DNA from: a virus
Direction: 5' to 3' (one strand)
DNA length: 64,000 nt
Virus genome (UHGV): UHGV-1363143
Shown here: positions 1-11,346 of the stretch, piece by piece
Layout of the letters: every line of letters begins with the position of its first letter
How positions within the stretch are numbered: position 1 is the first letter of the stretch
Notes under the pieces: generated by a model
The model's input: only the letters and a program-made list of their open reading frames with translations
What the model was told of the DNA's origin: nothing
Databases searched by the model: none
Made by a program: the position numbers and the translations under genes

Positions 1-414
1 TTTTTCATAAGCTTTTGTAAAATCAGTTGTGATTAAGTGAATATTACTACCAATTTCACATTGATTATTCATATATCTATAATCTTCTTTAACTACAAAT
101 ACACCAATATTATCAATTTCATCGGAAGTTAATTCGAAGATTTTTTCTTGTCCCTCTCCATAAACGTAATGTTTATAAATAGCGTCATTATTATCAATAT
201 CTTCTTCTAATGAATGAACTATCCATTCTTCAATTTGCTCATCTGTTACATCTGGTGAGTCTCCTATTAAACAATCTTCCTTATTGTATGCCCATTCCTT
301 TTCGCTATCTAGACAGAACTTTCTAGCTTCATCTAAATTTAAAAATATTCTTGTAGAATGCTCTGCTGCTTCCTCTAAATCTGTCCAAATTATATTGACT
401 GCATATGCTTTCAT
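1..414 (-). CDS. hypothetical protein, N-terminal part (gene continues beyond the window start)
   Basis: ATG at 412-414 (minus) preceded by a GGAGG RBS. It reads MKAYAVNIIWTDLEEAAEHS... with no stop before position 1. It is absent from the ORF track because it is incomplete. Confidence 0.4.
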   Translation of the reverse strand, partial: MKAYAVNIIWTDLEEAAEHSTRIFLNLDEARKFCLDSEKEWAYNKEDCLIGDSPDVTDEQIEEWIVHSLEEDIDNNDAIYKHYVYGEGQEKIFELTSDEIDNIGVFVVKEDYRYMNNQCEIGSNIHLITTDFTKAYEK

Positions 415-416
415 AG

Positions 417-716
417 TTACGCAACCTCCCCAGCAAATAATTCTTTTGTAACTTGATCAGCTAAGTTATAAGCCAAATCAGAAACAAGGTCTGTATTAAA
501 CAGTCTTTCTGCTAATGTTTTTATAAAGATTTTTCTTTCTTCATCTGATAATGTTCTGTCTATAGCTTCTTCACATTCACATACTCTTGACTCTGCTTCC
601 ATAAAGCAAAAAGCTTCTGATGCAGAATCATATATTTTTGACTCTATGTTATTTTCTTTTAAAAATTTTAATAAATTAACCTTCTCTTCCATGCTTATAT
701 CTAATTCTAAGTACAT
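417..716 (-). CDS. hypothetical protein (99 aa)
   Basis: ORF in the same orientation as its neighbours, tightly packed with them. Confidence 0.4.
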   Translation of the reverse strand: MYLELDISMEEKVNLLKFLKENNIESKIYDSASEAFCFMEAESRVCECEEAIDRTLSDEERKIFIKTLAERLFNTDLVSDLAYNLADQVTKELFAGEVA

Positions 717-744
717 TGTATCTACCTTCCTTTGTCAATAATAA

Positions 745-760
745 GAGGCCCTAAGGCCTC
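745..760 (-). terminator. putative intrinsic terminator after groEL
   Basis: Hairpin gaggcc-ctaa-ggcctc at 745-760, followed on the minus strand by a U-rich stretch (uuauuauu). Confidence 0.35.
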
Positions 761-766
761 ACAGTA

Positions 767-2585
<1,819 letters not shown>

Positions 2586-2596
2586 ATTTATACCTC

Positions 2597-3289
2597 CTAT
2601 AAATTGTCCAAAGTTCTATCTGGATTTTTAATCAATTTATATCTTATTTCATATAAATGTTCTTCAAACTCTTCTAAGTTTGTTATTTCTATACGATCAT
2701 AGTCACAGTATAGTTCAAAGCAACCACAGTTAAGTTCTTCATCTTCTTCATCAGTAGTTTCTTCTCCATTGGATAACTTTTTCCAATATGACTTAAGTTT
2801 TTCTACCTTTTCGCTTGTGAAAACTCTTTCTTGACAATCAAAGTTGTGATAATGACTGCATGATACAACATAATTCTTTTCAAGTATTTTCTTTTCTAAT
2901 AAAAAATTTATTACTTTTTCATCAAGACTATTTATTTCATTTCTTTTTATGTTTCTCTTAGAAAGTAATCTATCAAGTTTTATCTTTTCTTCTTCTGAAA
3001 TAAAATCAATCTCTTTTATCTCTTTAAAGTAATGAACACCTAAAATTTCAGGATATAATTCTGCTTTTTTAGCTTCCATTATTTCTTTTACGTTAGACGT
3101 AGTTTCATCATTGTTCATATATATTATCAACTTAAAAAACTCTTTAACTTCTTGATAAGACAATTTTTTTACATCTTCTAAGTCTATATTGCTGCTCATA
3201 TCTTTTAATTCTTGATATTTTTTTAAAGCAATATTATCAGCATTTTTATACTCTTTATTTTTTTCTAGAATTTCTTTTACGCTATACAT
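2597..3289 (-). CDS. hypothetical protein (230 aa)
   Basis: ORF, co-directional, Glu/Lys-rich. Confidence 0.4.
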   Translation of the reverse strand: MYSVKEILEKNKEYKNADNIALKKYQELKDMSSNIDLEDVKKLSYQEVKEFFKLIIYMNNDETTSNVKEIMEAKKAELYPEILGVHYFKEIKEIDFISEEEKIKLDRLLSKRNIKRNEINSLDEKVINFLLEKKILEKNYVVSCSHYHNFDCQERVFTSEKVEKLKSYWKKLSNGEETTDEEDEELNCGCFELYCDYDRIEITNLEEFEEHLYEIRYKLIKNPDRTLDNL

Positions 3290-3304
3290 AATTAAGTCTA
3301 CCTC

Positions 3305-3712
3305 CTACCAGTACCTTAATCCTTCTTTAGGTATTTCTATTTTTCTAGTAGTCATATAATAAGCTATTCTATTGACATATCTTGCTCCTTCTACTAGCCA
3401 AGCTTCTTCATCTTCACAATCAATAACAGTATAAACATGTACATCTGAGAAAGTATTTGCGACCTCATTAGCAGCTCTACAATCATCCCATCTGAATTTG
3501 TCTCTTAAAAATTCTACTTTTTCATTTCCCCCTGGCATAATAAAATATTTTTCATTATCTTTAAAGAAATTTTCTAGAGCCTCCTCCTGTGCATCTGTCA
3601 TTTCATCAACTTCTATGCAATAACCTCCACATTCAGGACATCCTTCATCATGTTCATCTGTTTCAACAATCTCTTCTCCTAAGTAATCACATTCTTGACA
3701 TCTCCAAGCCAT
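3305..3712 (-). CDS. hypothetical zinc-ribbon protein
   Basis: CxxC...CxxC pairs (CQECD / CPECGGYC) at the N-terminus. Confidence 0.4.
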   Translation of the reverse strand: MAWRCQECDYLGEEIVETDEHDEGCPECGGYCIEVDEMTDAQEEALENFFKDNEKYFIMPGGNEKVEFLRDKFRWDDCRAANEVANTFSDVHVYTVIDCEDEEAWLVEGARYVNRIAYYMTTRKIEIPKEGLRYW

Positions 3713-3739
3713 CTTTGTCTCCTCCTGTATATTTAATTT

Positions 3740-4324
3740 TTATATAATTGATACTTTCGTAGTTTTTATATTAAATGTCTTGCATAATAGATAGTCAATG
3801 TAACCATCTTGCAATACATTGTCCTTATTAACTCTTATAGGTTTTGCAAACTTACCGTTTTCCTTATAATAAGTTAATTTATTTATAACTTTATCAGGTG
3901 ATGGAGTGTGCTCTTTAAAAACTTCTTGTATTTCGATATCATCAACATTTACAAGCATTAAGTTTTCATTAAGCTCATCACATTTCTTTTGAGCTTCTTC
4001 TCTTGTTAAGAATAAGCTCTCTTCTGATCTATTTAACATTTGTGAGCCACAATAACCTTTATACTTTACGACAGATTCTCCATTGTTATTAACTTCAATC
4101 TTAGTTTGCTTAATTACAAAAGGGGTTTCATGTACTATGTTAGTAGTTTTCTTTGATGTAAATGAACCTGCTCCCATACATTCAGGGCATCTCATATTCT
4201 TATTGTTAAATTTAATAGTTCCTTCACCTTCACATATTTCACAAGGTATTTCAACTTTAACCTTTTTTATGGTATATAAACTTTCTCCATTTAGAAATTT
4301 AACTGGTATTTGCAATGTATTCAT
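3740..4324 (-). CDS. hypothetical zinc-ribbon protein
   Basis: CEICEGEG...CPECMGAG double CxxC motif. Confidence 0.4.
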   Translation of the reverse strand: MNTLQIPVKFLNGESLYTIKKVKVEIPCEICEGEGTIKFNNKNMRCPECMGAGSFTSKKTTNIVHETPFVIKQTKIEVNNNGESVVKYKGYCGSQMLNRSEESLFLTREEAQKKCDELNENLMLVNVDDIEIQEVFKEHTPSPDKVINKLTYYKENGKFAKPIRVNKDNVLQDGYIDYLLCKTFNIKTTKVSII

Positions 4325-4352
4325 AATAATTTCTCCTTTAGTTTTTTATTTT

Positions 4353-4682
4353 TTATACAGCAAAGAAGTTAAGTGACTTACACTTTGGACAACAAGGCTC
4401 TCCATTAAGTATTAGTTCCTCAGCTTTTTCTGCTGTAATTTTATATTTATCTATTAGTTTGTTAGCATCTATTGTATCCAAATCAAAATGTAGAGGATTT
4501 GGACCTGGTTCTGGTTTTACTATAAAAAATTCTTTAACATGAATTAATCCTTCATAACCTTCTACCTTCCAAAGACCTGTTTCTCCTATGTATTTACAAT
4601 CAATACATTCATTTGAAAATCTTTTTGACATTATTCTACCTCCAGTTATGTATAAACAATTACCTTGTTTAATATTATGCAA
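4353..4682 (-). CDS. hypothetical protein with C-terminal CxxC zinc ribbon
   Basis: CIDCKY... CCPKCKSLNF motifs. Confidence 0.35.
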   Translation of the reverse strand: MHNIKQGNCLYITGGRIMSKRFSNECIDCKYIGETGLWKVEGYEGLIHVKEFFIVKPEPGPNPLHFDLDTIDANKLIDKYKITAEKAEELILNGEPCCPKCKSLNFFAV

Positions 4683-4737
4683 ATAAAAAAAGATAGACTA
4701 TTATTTTTGCCTATCCTATCGAAATATAGTTATTAAA

Positions 4738-5151
4738 TTATTCGCCTCTTAATATTTCTAATTGATCCTTTTCATTTTTAAGTTTTCTGATTAATGCTGT
4801 AATGCAATCGTCAATAGTGTGATTTCTACCACAATAAAACTTAATATAAAAATATTTTCCTATAATTTTTATATCAATTCTTACAGTATTCTCTATAGTA
4901 AAACTTTTATTTATTCTATTATTTATAAGTTCTTTATTGTCTTTAAAATATGATGAACATTCATGAATAATATAATCTTGAACTACTCCACTTTCTAATA
5001 TTTGTTTTAAAATTGTATTATTTAAGTAAAGCTTTTTCTTATTAAAACTTGCTGAAAATCTAAGAGTTGCCATTAAGCATTGCTCCATAGATGTTTTTAT
5101 ATCATTGTCAGTATTGTTATTTATTATTAATTTTCCTGAGTAATATCCCAT
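4738..5151 (-). CDS. hypothetical protein (137 aa), immediately downstream of the mazF-like gene
   Basis: ORF 4 nt downstream of the toxin gene; no recognisable motif. Confidence 0.4.
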   Translation of the reverse strand: MGYYSGKLIINNNTDNDIKTSMEQCLMATLRFSASFNKKKLYLNNTILKQILESGVVQDYIIHECSSYFKDNKELINNRINKSFTIENTVRIDIKIIGKYFYIKFYCGRNHTIDDCITALIRKLKNEKDQLEILRGE

Positions 5152-5154
5152 ATT

Positions 5155-5532
5155 TTACACCGCCTTAAAAGGATCATCTTGTTTAATGTAAGATTTTCTT
5201 CCGAATTGTATGTCAGCAGCTTGATCTATTTTATTCATATATTCAACTGATAATGAGCCTATTTTTTCTCTTAACTGAGTCTTATTAATAGTAGTAATTT
5301 GTTCTAATAGAGCCATAGAAGGTTCTTTTAAACCAAAGCCTTCAATTAATACATGCACACATAACTCTTTAAGCTCACTACTCAATGGAATAGCTTGAAG
5401 AACTGGTGCGAATATGTTATTTGTGTTATTTGAATAAATTATTACTGGTCTAACGCCAATTTGCTGATTCCCTATTCCATACAATTCAGCATAGAAAATA
5501 TCTCCTCTTCTTATTTTTGGTCCTCTCCCCAT
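5155..5532 (-). CDS. mazF: MazF/PemK (NdoA)-family endoribonuclease toxin
   Basis: RGDIFYAELYGIGNQQIGVRPVIIYSNNTNN...LLEQITTINKTQL aligns along its length with Bacillus NdoA/MazF ([29 protein letters not shown]...). Confidence 0.7.
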   Translation of the reverse strand: MGRGPKIRRGDIFYAELYGIGNQQIGVRPVIIYSNNTNNIFAPVLQAIPLSSELKELCVHVLIEGFGLKEPSMALLEQITTINKTQLREKIGSLSVEYMNKIDQAADIQFGRKSYIKQDDPFKAV

Positions 5533-5550
5533 GTTTATCCTCCTGTATGT

Positions 5551-6045
5551 CTAAAAGTAAATCCTTTCTTTTTTCTTTAAATCAATAATCCTTTGATTAG
5601 CAGAGCCTGTATATAGCTGTGCACCTTCACGATTATCTATTTCGAACCTTCCATCAGCTAAGTAATCAGCTATTGAAAGTATTTCGTGTATATATGAATT
5701 ATTCATACCTATTAACTGCTCATAGGTTCTACCAGAATAAATCATTATATTAAGTGATGGGCATTCAGACTTTATTCTTTTACAAAGTTCTAATATTTCC
5801 TTTGGTTGCTCCATAGGATCTCCACCACTAAGAGTAACTCCTTCTATAAATGGACTAGATTCTATATGTTCCATTATTGTATCTATAGGCATACTTACTC
5901 CTAATTCTTTGTTCCATGTATGAGTGTTATGACACCCAGGGCACCCCATTGAGCACCCTTGAGTGAATAGAACATATCTCATACCAGGTCCATTGGCTAA
6001 ACTATCATATAGTTCACCTGCTGTTTGTATGTTCATATAATGCAT
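5551..6045 (-). CDS. nrdG: anaerobic ribonucleotide reductase activating protein NrdG (radical SAM)
   Basis: GCSMGCPGCHN cluster motif and SGGDP motif. The track ORF (5551..6156) overlaps nrdD; the likely real start is MHYMNIQ at 6045 or 6036. Confidence 0.8.
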   Translation of the reverse strand: MHYMNIQTAGELYDSLANGPGMRYVLFTQGCSMGCPGCHNTHTWNKELGVSMPIDTIMEHIESSPFIEGVTLSGGDPMEQPKEILELCKRIKSECPSLNIMIYSGRTYEQLIGMNNSYIHEILSIADYLADGRFEIDNREGAQLYTGSANQRIIDLKKKERIYF

Positions 6046-6049
6046 CTCC

Positions 6050-8218
6050 TTAAAGCTTTTCTTTTTGAGCGTTAGCATAGATTTTTGCGTCGCTATCATT
6101 ATTATGAGCAACTCTATCAGCTCTTTCAGCTTCCTTACCTGCACCAAATCTTTCATCTAAAGCTAAATATCCTGTTATTCTAGATACACCTTGTATTTTT
6201 CTAGAACCACAATTAGGGCATTCTTCTTCAGTTCTTAATAACTGTCCACATTCTTTACAGTATCTAACGTGGAAGTTAATTCCGATATATCCCATATTGG
6301 TATTAGTGAAAGTCCAAGTAATTATTTTTTCTATTTCTTCTGGTGTAGGATAATCATCTAATTCAATATAAGAAATTCTTCCACCATTACATAATTCGTG
6401 GAATGGAGCTTCCTTTTGGATTTTCTCCTTAACAGATATCTTAAATCCTGGATTAATATGATATCCATTAGTATAGTAAGCATGGTCTGTTACTCCTTTT
6501 ATTTCACCGTACTTAGCTTTGTCTATTGCAATAAATCTACCGCAAAGACCTTCTGATGGTGCAGCATAACAGCTCCAATTTAATTTATCTATTTCTTTAT
6601 ACTTATCACAGTATTCTCTAATCATTCTTACTACAGTATCAGCTATTTCTAAAGCTTTTTCATCTTCACCATGATGTTTACCGATAGCAGCCATTAACAT
6701 TTCATGTATTCCAATAAATCCTATTGCATAAGAACCTTGTTTTAAGATAGGTTCAATAGAATCATTTGGCCCAATTTCTTCTGCTCCCACATACATATTA
6801 TTTTCAGTTAAGAAAGGAATGTCTTTTCCTTTTAATTGCTTTAATACACTATATCTGTATAATAATGATTCTCTAGTTAAATCAAGCATTTTTAATAAGC
6901 TATCATATAAGAACTTAATCTTTTCTTCATCTGAACATCCAGTTTCTTTTTGGTGTAATGAAGCTTCTATACCTAATCTAGGTAAATTGATTGTTGTTGG
7001 TGCAATATTGCCCCTTCTCTTAGCTCCTTTAGGCCCATTGATATTATCAATAGTACTTGTTCTACATCCCATTGTGCTTATTCTTACTCCTTGCTCATGT
7101 AAAGGTAAGTTATAAGAAGCATCAATATTTAAGAATGTTGGGTTTAATCTTCTTGAAGCTACTTCACAAGCTATTTTGTATAAGTAGTAATATGGATCAC
7201 CAGGATTTCTATTAACTCCTGACTTAACTGCGAATACCATATTAGGGAATATTAATTGCTCACCAGCACCTAATCCTTTTCCATATTCTATTAATGCATG
7301 CTTACATACTAATGCAGCATCGTCATCCTTAGGTAAACCTATATTTAAAGAAGAGAATACTATTTGAGATCCACTTCTTGATTCCATAGTAGATAAATTG
7401 TACATTACTGATTGCATGGCTTGGCCTACAGCTTTATCAAGCTTAGCCTCAACTCTTGCTTTTATAACATCTTCAGGTTGACCAACCATTAATGCTGAAT
7501 ATTCTTCATATATTTCATCTCTTGTAGCTTTTACAAATACAGCCATATCATTATCGAAGTCATCTATACTTTGTCCTCCGAACATTTGATTTTGAGCACA
7601 TTGTAATAAGATACAAGCTAATTCAGCAGCAACATTAATTCTTTTAGCTGGTCTAATTGTTCCGTATGAAGTTTTAAAACCTGTCTTCAATGGTTCTAAG
7701 CTATGAGAGCAACAATTAAATGTTAAGTTAAAAGCATCTAAATCATGAAGATGATAATCTCCTTGCTCATGTGCTTTCGCAATATGTTTAGGCATGTTAG
7801 CTAAGTTTTGCCACTTATTTGATTCAGAAGCTATTCTTAATAGCTTTGCTCCAAAGTTATTACCAACATTACCATTATCTCTATCAGTATGAACACCAAT
7901 CTTTCTAATAGCTTTCATTATGTCAGATTTAGTTTCTCTTACTTCATTTCTTTCTTTTCTATAATCTAAATATGCATCTTTAGTTAATCTAAATCCATTT
8001 ACATATATAGCTGTTTGAATGAAATCTTGTAGTTTTTCAACTGTGATTTCTGTTTTATTTAACTCTGATATTTTAGCTTCAACTACATCTAAAATAACAT
8101 TAAGAACTTCAGCGTCTATTATTTGTTTTGCACTTTTAGCAGCATTAATAACTGATGCAGCTACCTTTGTTCTATCATAATTTGTTTTTCTACCATCTCT
8201 TTTTATAATTGTAATCAT
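6050..8218 (-). CDS. nrdD: anaerobic ribonucleoside-triphosphate reductase NrdD
   Basis: 722 aa with a C-terminal Zn ribbon (CKECG...CPNCG) and the glycyl-radical motif RITGYLA. Confidence 0.9.
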   Translation of the reverse strand: MITIIKRDGRKTNYDRTKVAASVINAAKSAKQIIDAEVLNVILDVVEAKISELNKTEITVEKLQDFIQTAIYVNGFRLTKDAYLDYRKERNEVRETKSDIMKAIRKIGVHTDRDNGNVGNNFGAKLLRIASESNKWQNLANMPKHIAKAHEQGDYHLHDLDAFNLTFNCCSHSLEPLKTGFKTSYGTIRPAKRINVAAELACILLQCAQNQMFGGQSIDDFDNDMAVFVKATRDEIYEEYSALMVGQPEDVIKARVEAKLDKAVGQAMQSVMYNLSTMESRSGSQIVFSSLNIGLPKDDDAALVCKHALIEYGKGLGAGEQLIFPNMVFAVKSGVNRNPGDPYYYLYKIACEVASRRLNPTFLNIDASYNLPLHEQGVRISTMGCRTSTIDNINGPKGAKRRGNIAPTTINLPRLGIEASLHQKETGCSDEEKIKFLYDSLLKMLDLTRESLLYRYSVLKQLKGKDIPFLTENNMYVGAEEIGPNDSIEPILKQGSYAIGFIGIHEMLMAAIGKHHGEDEKALEIADTVVRMIREYCDKYKEIDKLNWSCYAAPSEGLCGRFIAIDKAKYGEIKGVTDHAYYTNGYHINPGFKISVKEKIQKEAPFHELCNGGRISYIELDDYPTPEEIEKIITWTFTNTNMGYIGINFHVRYCKECGQLLRTEEECPNCGSRKIQGVSRITGYLALDERFGAGKEAERADRVAHNNDSDAKIYANAQKEKL

Positions 8219-8304
8219 CTTTAGTAACCTCTTTTCTTTGCTAATTTCTTCATACTCTATTATTACTAATAGCTAGCTCCTTATTGTGGGTGCTAGCTAT
8301 CAAA

Positions 8305-8919
8305 TTAATATATTTTCTTCTTCTCAGCAAAGTGGTCTACGATGTATTTACTCCAACCTTCTAATTTTTCATAATTAGCTATTAATTCATTTATGTCCAT
8401 CCATTGGCCAATTAAATTGTCCTTTTCTTTAACTATAACTTCACCAGTAGCATGTGCTAATATCACAACTCCTGTATGATCACTTGTACTTGAAGCTAAA
8501 TCTCTTACATAACCAATTATTTCTAATGGTTTTAATATATCAGCTTGAACTTCTTCAAATAATTCTCTTACAGCTGCTTTGAACAATACTTCTCTTCCTT
8601 CATCACATTTATCTATGTGACCTCCACAAGCTATGCTTACTTTATCGACAAGTCTTGAATCACCAGCAACTCTTTTTGTTGTAAATACTTTTTGACCGCT
8701 TTCATCTAATATTAGAATATACGGTATTATTTGTTGCATATAAGGTTGTCCTTCTGCATCATACCTATAAATAAATTCACCCATAGAATCAAACTGTCCC
8801 CAAATTCTAACATCATGTTTTAATGGCGTAAATCCGTCAGGTATAAACTCTACTTTTGAATATGGAACAGCAAAAACTTTTTCTTCACCATATTTGGCTA
8901 TCAATTGTTTTCTATTCAT
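8305..8919 (-). CDS. Nudix hydrolase
   Basis: Nudix box GGHIDKCDEGREVLFKAAVRELFEEVQADI (Gx5Ex7REUxEExGU). Confidence 0.7.
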   Translation of the reverse strand: MNRKQLIAKYGEEKVFAVPYSKVEFIPDGFTPLKHDVRIWGQFDSMGEFIYRYDAEGQPYMQQIIPYILILDESGQKVFTTKRVAGDSRLVDKVSIACGGHIDKCDEGREVLFKAAVRELFEEVQADILKPLEIIGYVRDLASSTSDHTGVVILAHATGEVIVKEKDNLIGQWMDINELIANYEKLEGWSKYIVDHFAEKKKIY

Positions 8920-9212
8920 TACACTAATTCTCTCCCATTTAAACCTTTCTTGATTTTAGTTGATAATCCTAATCTAATAGTTCTACTATCAGGAATAACA
9001 ATCTCCTCTTTAGTTGTAGGGTGTTTTGTTTTCTTTCCTGGCACTGTGCCATATTTAAAAACTGCGAAGTTTTTTATTCTAACTTCTTCTCCTTCTTCAA
9101 CAAGTATCTTTGAGATCTCATTAAATGTATCTTCTATAATGTTGTGCGCATCTTTTTGAGATATTTTTTGATTCTCTGATACTCTTTTAGATAAATCTTT
9201 AATATTCTTCAT
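8919..9212 (-). CDS. HU/IHF-family DNA-binding protein
   Basis: 97 aa; the KKDAHNIIEDTFNEISKIL...FAVFKYGTVPGKKTKHPTTKEEIVIPDSRTIRLGLSTKIKKGL pattern matches the HU fold. Confidence 0.7.
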   Translation of the reverse strand: MKNIKDLSKRVSENQKISQKDAHNIIEDTFNEISKILVEEGEEVRIKNFAVFKYGTVPGKKTKHPTTKEEIVIPDSRTIRLGLSTKIKKGLNGRELV

Positions 9213-9257
9213 TTGTGTTCTATCCTTTCGTAAGTCTATATTATAAATTATGTCAAA

Positions 9258-9300
9258 TAAAAAAAATAAGATACCGTAGGGAACTATTTAAGCTCCCTAC
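9258..9300 (-). terminator. rho-independent terminator
   Basis: Hairpin gtaggga-N11-tccctac (9276-9300) followed on the minus strand by U8 (the A-run at 9261-9268). Confidence 0.6.
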
Positions 9301-9306
9301 TTTTAA

Positions 9307-9639
9307 TTACCTTGGTTTAACTTGCTTATTACTTCTCATTCTTAACATAGTTCTATGACATTTAATACATTCATAAGGTCTACACCCTATATTATAGAAT
9401 TGTTGAACTGCCATACATGAGCTATGTGCTTTACCTCTTTTAGGAGTTTCGCCTGTTGATTTTGCGTAATAATTCTTAATACATTTTATTTTTGTCTCAT
9501 TAGTTAATAGGATAGAATCAAATACTATTGTATCTATTTCAGGTTGTCCATCTACTGAATTAAAATTAAGAATTTCTTCTAAATCTTTAATGTTAATGCC
9601 TTCTATCTGATTTCTTGTTTTTCTTTGAAATATGTTCAT
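9307..9639 (-). CDS. hypothetical protein with Cys/His cluster
   Basis: ORF; CMAVQQFYNIGCRPYECIKCH cluster. Confidence 0.4.
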   Translation of the reverse strand: MNIFQRKTRNQIEGINIKDLEEILNFNSVDGQPEIDTIVFDSILLTNETKIKCIKNYYAKSTGETPKRGKAHSSCMAVQQFYNIGCRPYECIKCHRTMLRMRSNKQVKPR

Positions 9640-9651
9640 AAATTCACCTCA

Positions 9652-10116
9652 TTATAATGCTTGCCAACACTCAGGGCATAGCAAATTTAAAGTATCACCA
9701 TCTACAGTGGCACAACAACTGCAAATGTCTTTTCCACAAGTGCTACATTTAGCAGCATCTTCTTTAAAGGTACTAGCTCCACATCCTTCACAAGTATGAT
9801 CTAATACAAGTGGTTCAGCTACAAATGTGGTTTTAGGCTCAGCTTTTTTTTGAGCTGCTTTTTCTTGTTTCATTTTTTCTTGCCTATTTTTATTAGATAG
9901 TTCATTTATTCTATCTCTATCAACCTTTGGCTTACCAGTAAAAGGATCTATTTCTACTTTAGGTTTTAGTTCCTTTTCTTTAGTACGTATCATGTGATTA
10001 TTATTAAAATCACAGCTGTCGATAGTGATACTTGCATGAACCATATGTTTTGCAATATCACTATAAATATTGCAAATTGGCTTTATATCACATTCTTTGC
10101 AAAGTGACATAAACAT
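9652..10116 (-). CDS. hypothetical Cys-rich protein
   Basis: Several CxxC pairs at both termini with a Lys-rich central region. Confidence 0.4.
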   Translation of the reverse strand: MFMSLCKECDIKPICNIYSDIAKHMVHASITIDSCDFNNNHMIRTKEKELKPKVEIDPFTGKPKVDRDRINELSNKNRQEKMKQEKAAQKKAEPKTTFVAEPLVLDHTCEGCGASTFKEDAAKCSTCGKDICSCCATVDGDTLNLLCPECWQAL

Positions 10117-10122
10117 TCCTCC

Positions 10123-11280
10123 TTAAAGTCGCATATTCATTCTCTTAAGAATATATTCTTTCATGACCATTCTTTCGGCTTCGTAAGGAATTTCTTCAAG
10201 TACCTTTTTGATATCTTTATATTGCTTTAACTTTAATTCATTAATCTGACTATCATATGAATTAACTATCTTTTGCATCTTATACTGTCCATAAGTAAGT
10301 GCATTGGTCTTTATATAATCTTCAATATCACATTTAAGCTCTATTGATAATTCACATAAATCTTTGTTGCCAGGTAGGATTAATATTTTAGAATAGATCC
10401 CCTCAGAAGCCAGTTTGTTAATAGCTTTTTCTGCAGCAGCTATTCCTGGTCCATCTCCATCCATTATGAATACAGGAGTCTTATTCCAATTCTTGATTAC
10501 TTTTACATGTTCATCTGTAAAAGCTGTTCCTAATGTTGCAACTATATTTAATGCATTATACTTATCTGCCATTATTACATCCATTGGTCCTTCAGTTATT
10601 CTTATTTCCTCGAAGCTCTCTATTATATTATGCGAACCATAAAAATAACTAGACTTGTTGAATATCTTACTTGTAGGACTGTTTTTATATTTATCATTTC
10701 TTCCTTCAGGAACTTCAAGCCATCTCTTAGTAAATCCTATTGGATACTTATATCTATTAAGTAATGGGAATACTATCTTTTCTCCTTCAAAACCAATCAT
10801 CCATTTTTTAATATCCTTATCACTTAAACCTCTATTATATAAATAGTTTAATGGTACAGAATATAAATTTTTTATATAACTTTCAGTTTGTATTCTTCTA
10901 AGTTTATATAATTTATCAAATTCTGAACTGGGAATAGGTATCTCATACTTTTCACAAAGATCATAAACTGCTTGTTTCCAATTAACTCCTTCTATCCATT
11001 GATAAAAAGCTATACAATCAGAACCATAATTTTTATGTTCTTTGCTAGATGTATTTTTATCTCCAGAATGACAGACCATACAAGCCCAACTATCAAACTG
11101 ACTGTTTCTATATCCTCTCTTCCAAATTCGGAAAGATGGGTTTTTATCATCATGATTAGGGTGAGGACACTTACCTTGATATATATTGGTGCCTGCTTTA
11201 TGGAGAGCTGTGTATTCTGAAACAAGTTCTACTAAATCTACCTTTTCTTTTATTTCATTAATAAACTCTTGCGGAAACAT
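10123..11280 (-). CDS. DnaG-like DNA primase (zinc finger + TOPRIM)
   Basis: CPHPNHDDKNPSFRIW CHC2-type zinc finger, and a TOPRIM motif EGPMDVIM...IMDGDGPG. Confidence 0.7.
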   Translation of the reverse strand: MFPQEFINEIKEKVDLVELVSEYTALHKAGTNIYQGKCPHPNHDDKNPSFRIWKRGYRNSQFDSWACMVCHSGDKNTSSKEHKNYGSDCIAFYQWIEGVNWKQAVYDLCEKYEIPIPSSEFDKLYKLRRIQTESYIKNLYSVPLNYLYNRGLSDKDIKKWMIGFEGEKIVFPLLNRYKYPIGFTKRWLEVPEGRNDKYKNSPTSKIFNKSSYFYGSHNIIESFEEIRITEGPMDVIMADKYNALNIVATLGTAFTDEHVKVIKNWNKTPVFIMDGDGPGIAAAEKAINKLASEGIYSKILILPGNKDLCELSIELKCDIEDYIKTNALTYGQYKMQKIVNSYDSQINELKLKQYKDIKKVLEEIPYEAERMVMKEYILKRMNMRL

Positions 11281-11315
11281 GTTAGAATTTACTCACCTCT
11301 TTCGATTTTGTGTAT

Positions 11316-11341
11316 GTAAAAAGACTCCCTTTAGGGAGTCC
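11316..11341 (-). terminator. rho-independent terminator
   Basis: Hairpin gactccc-ttta-gggagtc followed by UUUUU on the minus strand. Confidence 0.55.
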
Positions 11342-11346
11342 TTGGC

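Noticed and set aside
5551-6156. Track ORF start for nrdG overlapping nrdD by about 100 nt
   Set aside because: The N-terminal 37 codons are likely not translated. The conserved NrdG N-terminus begins at MHYMNIQ (start about 6045), avoiding the overlap.
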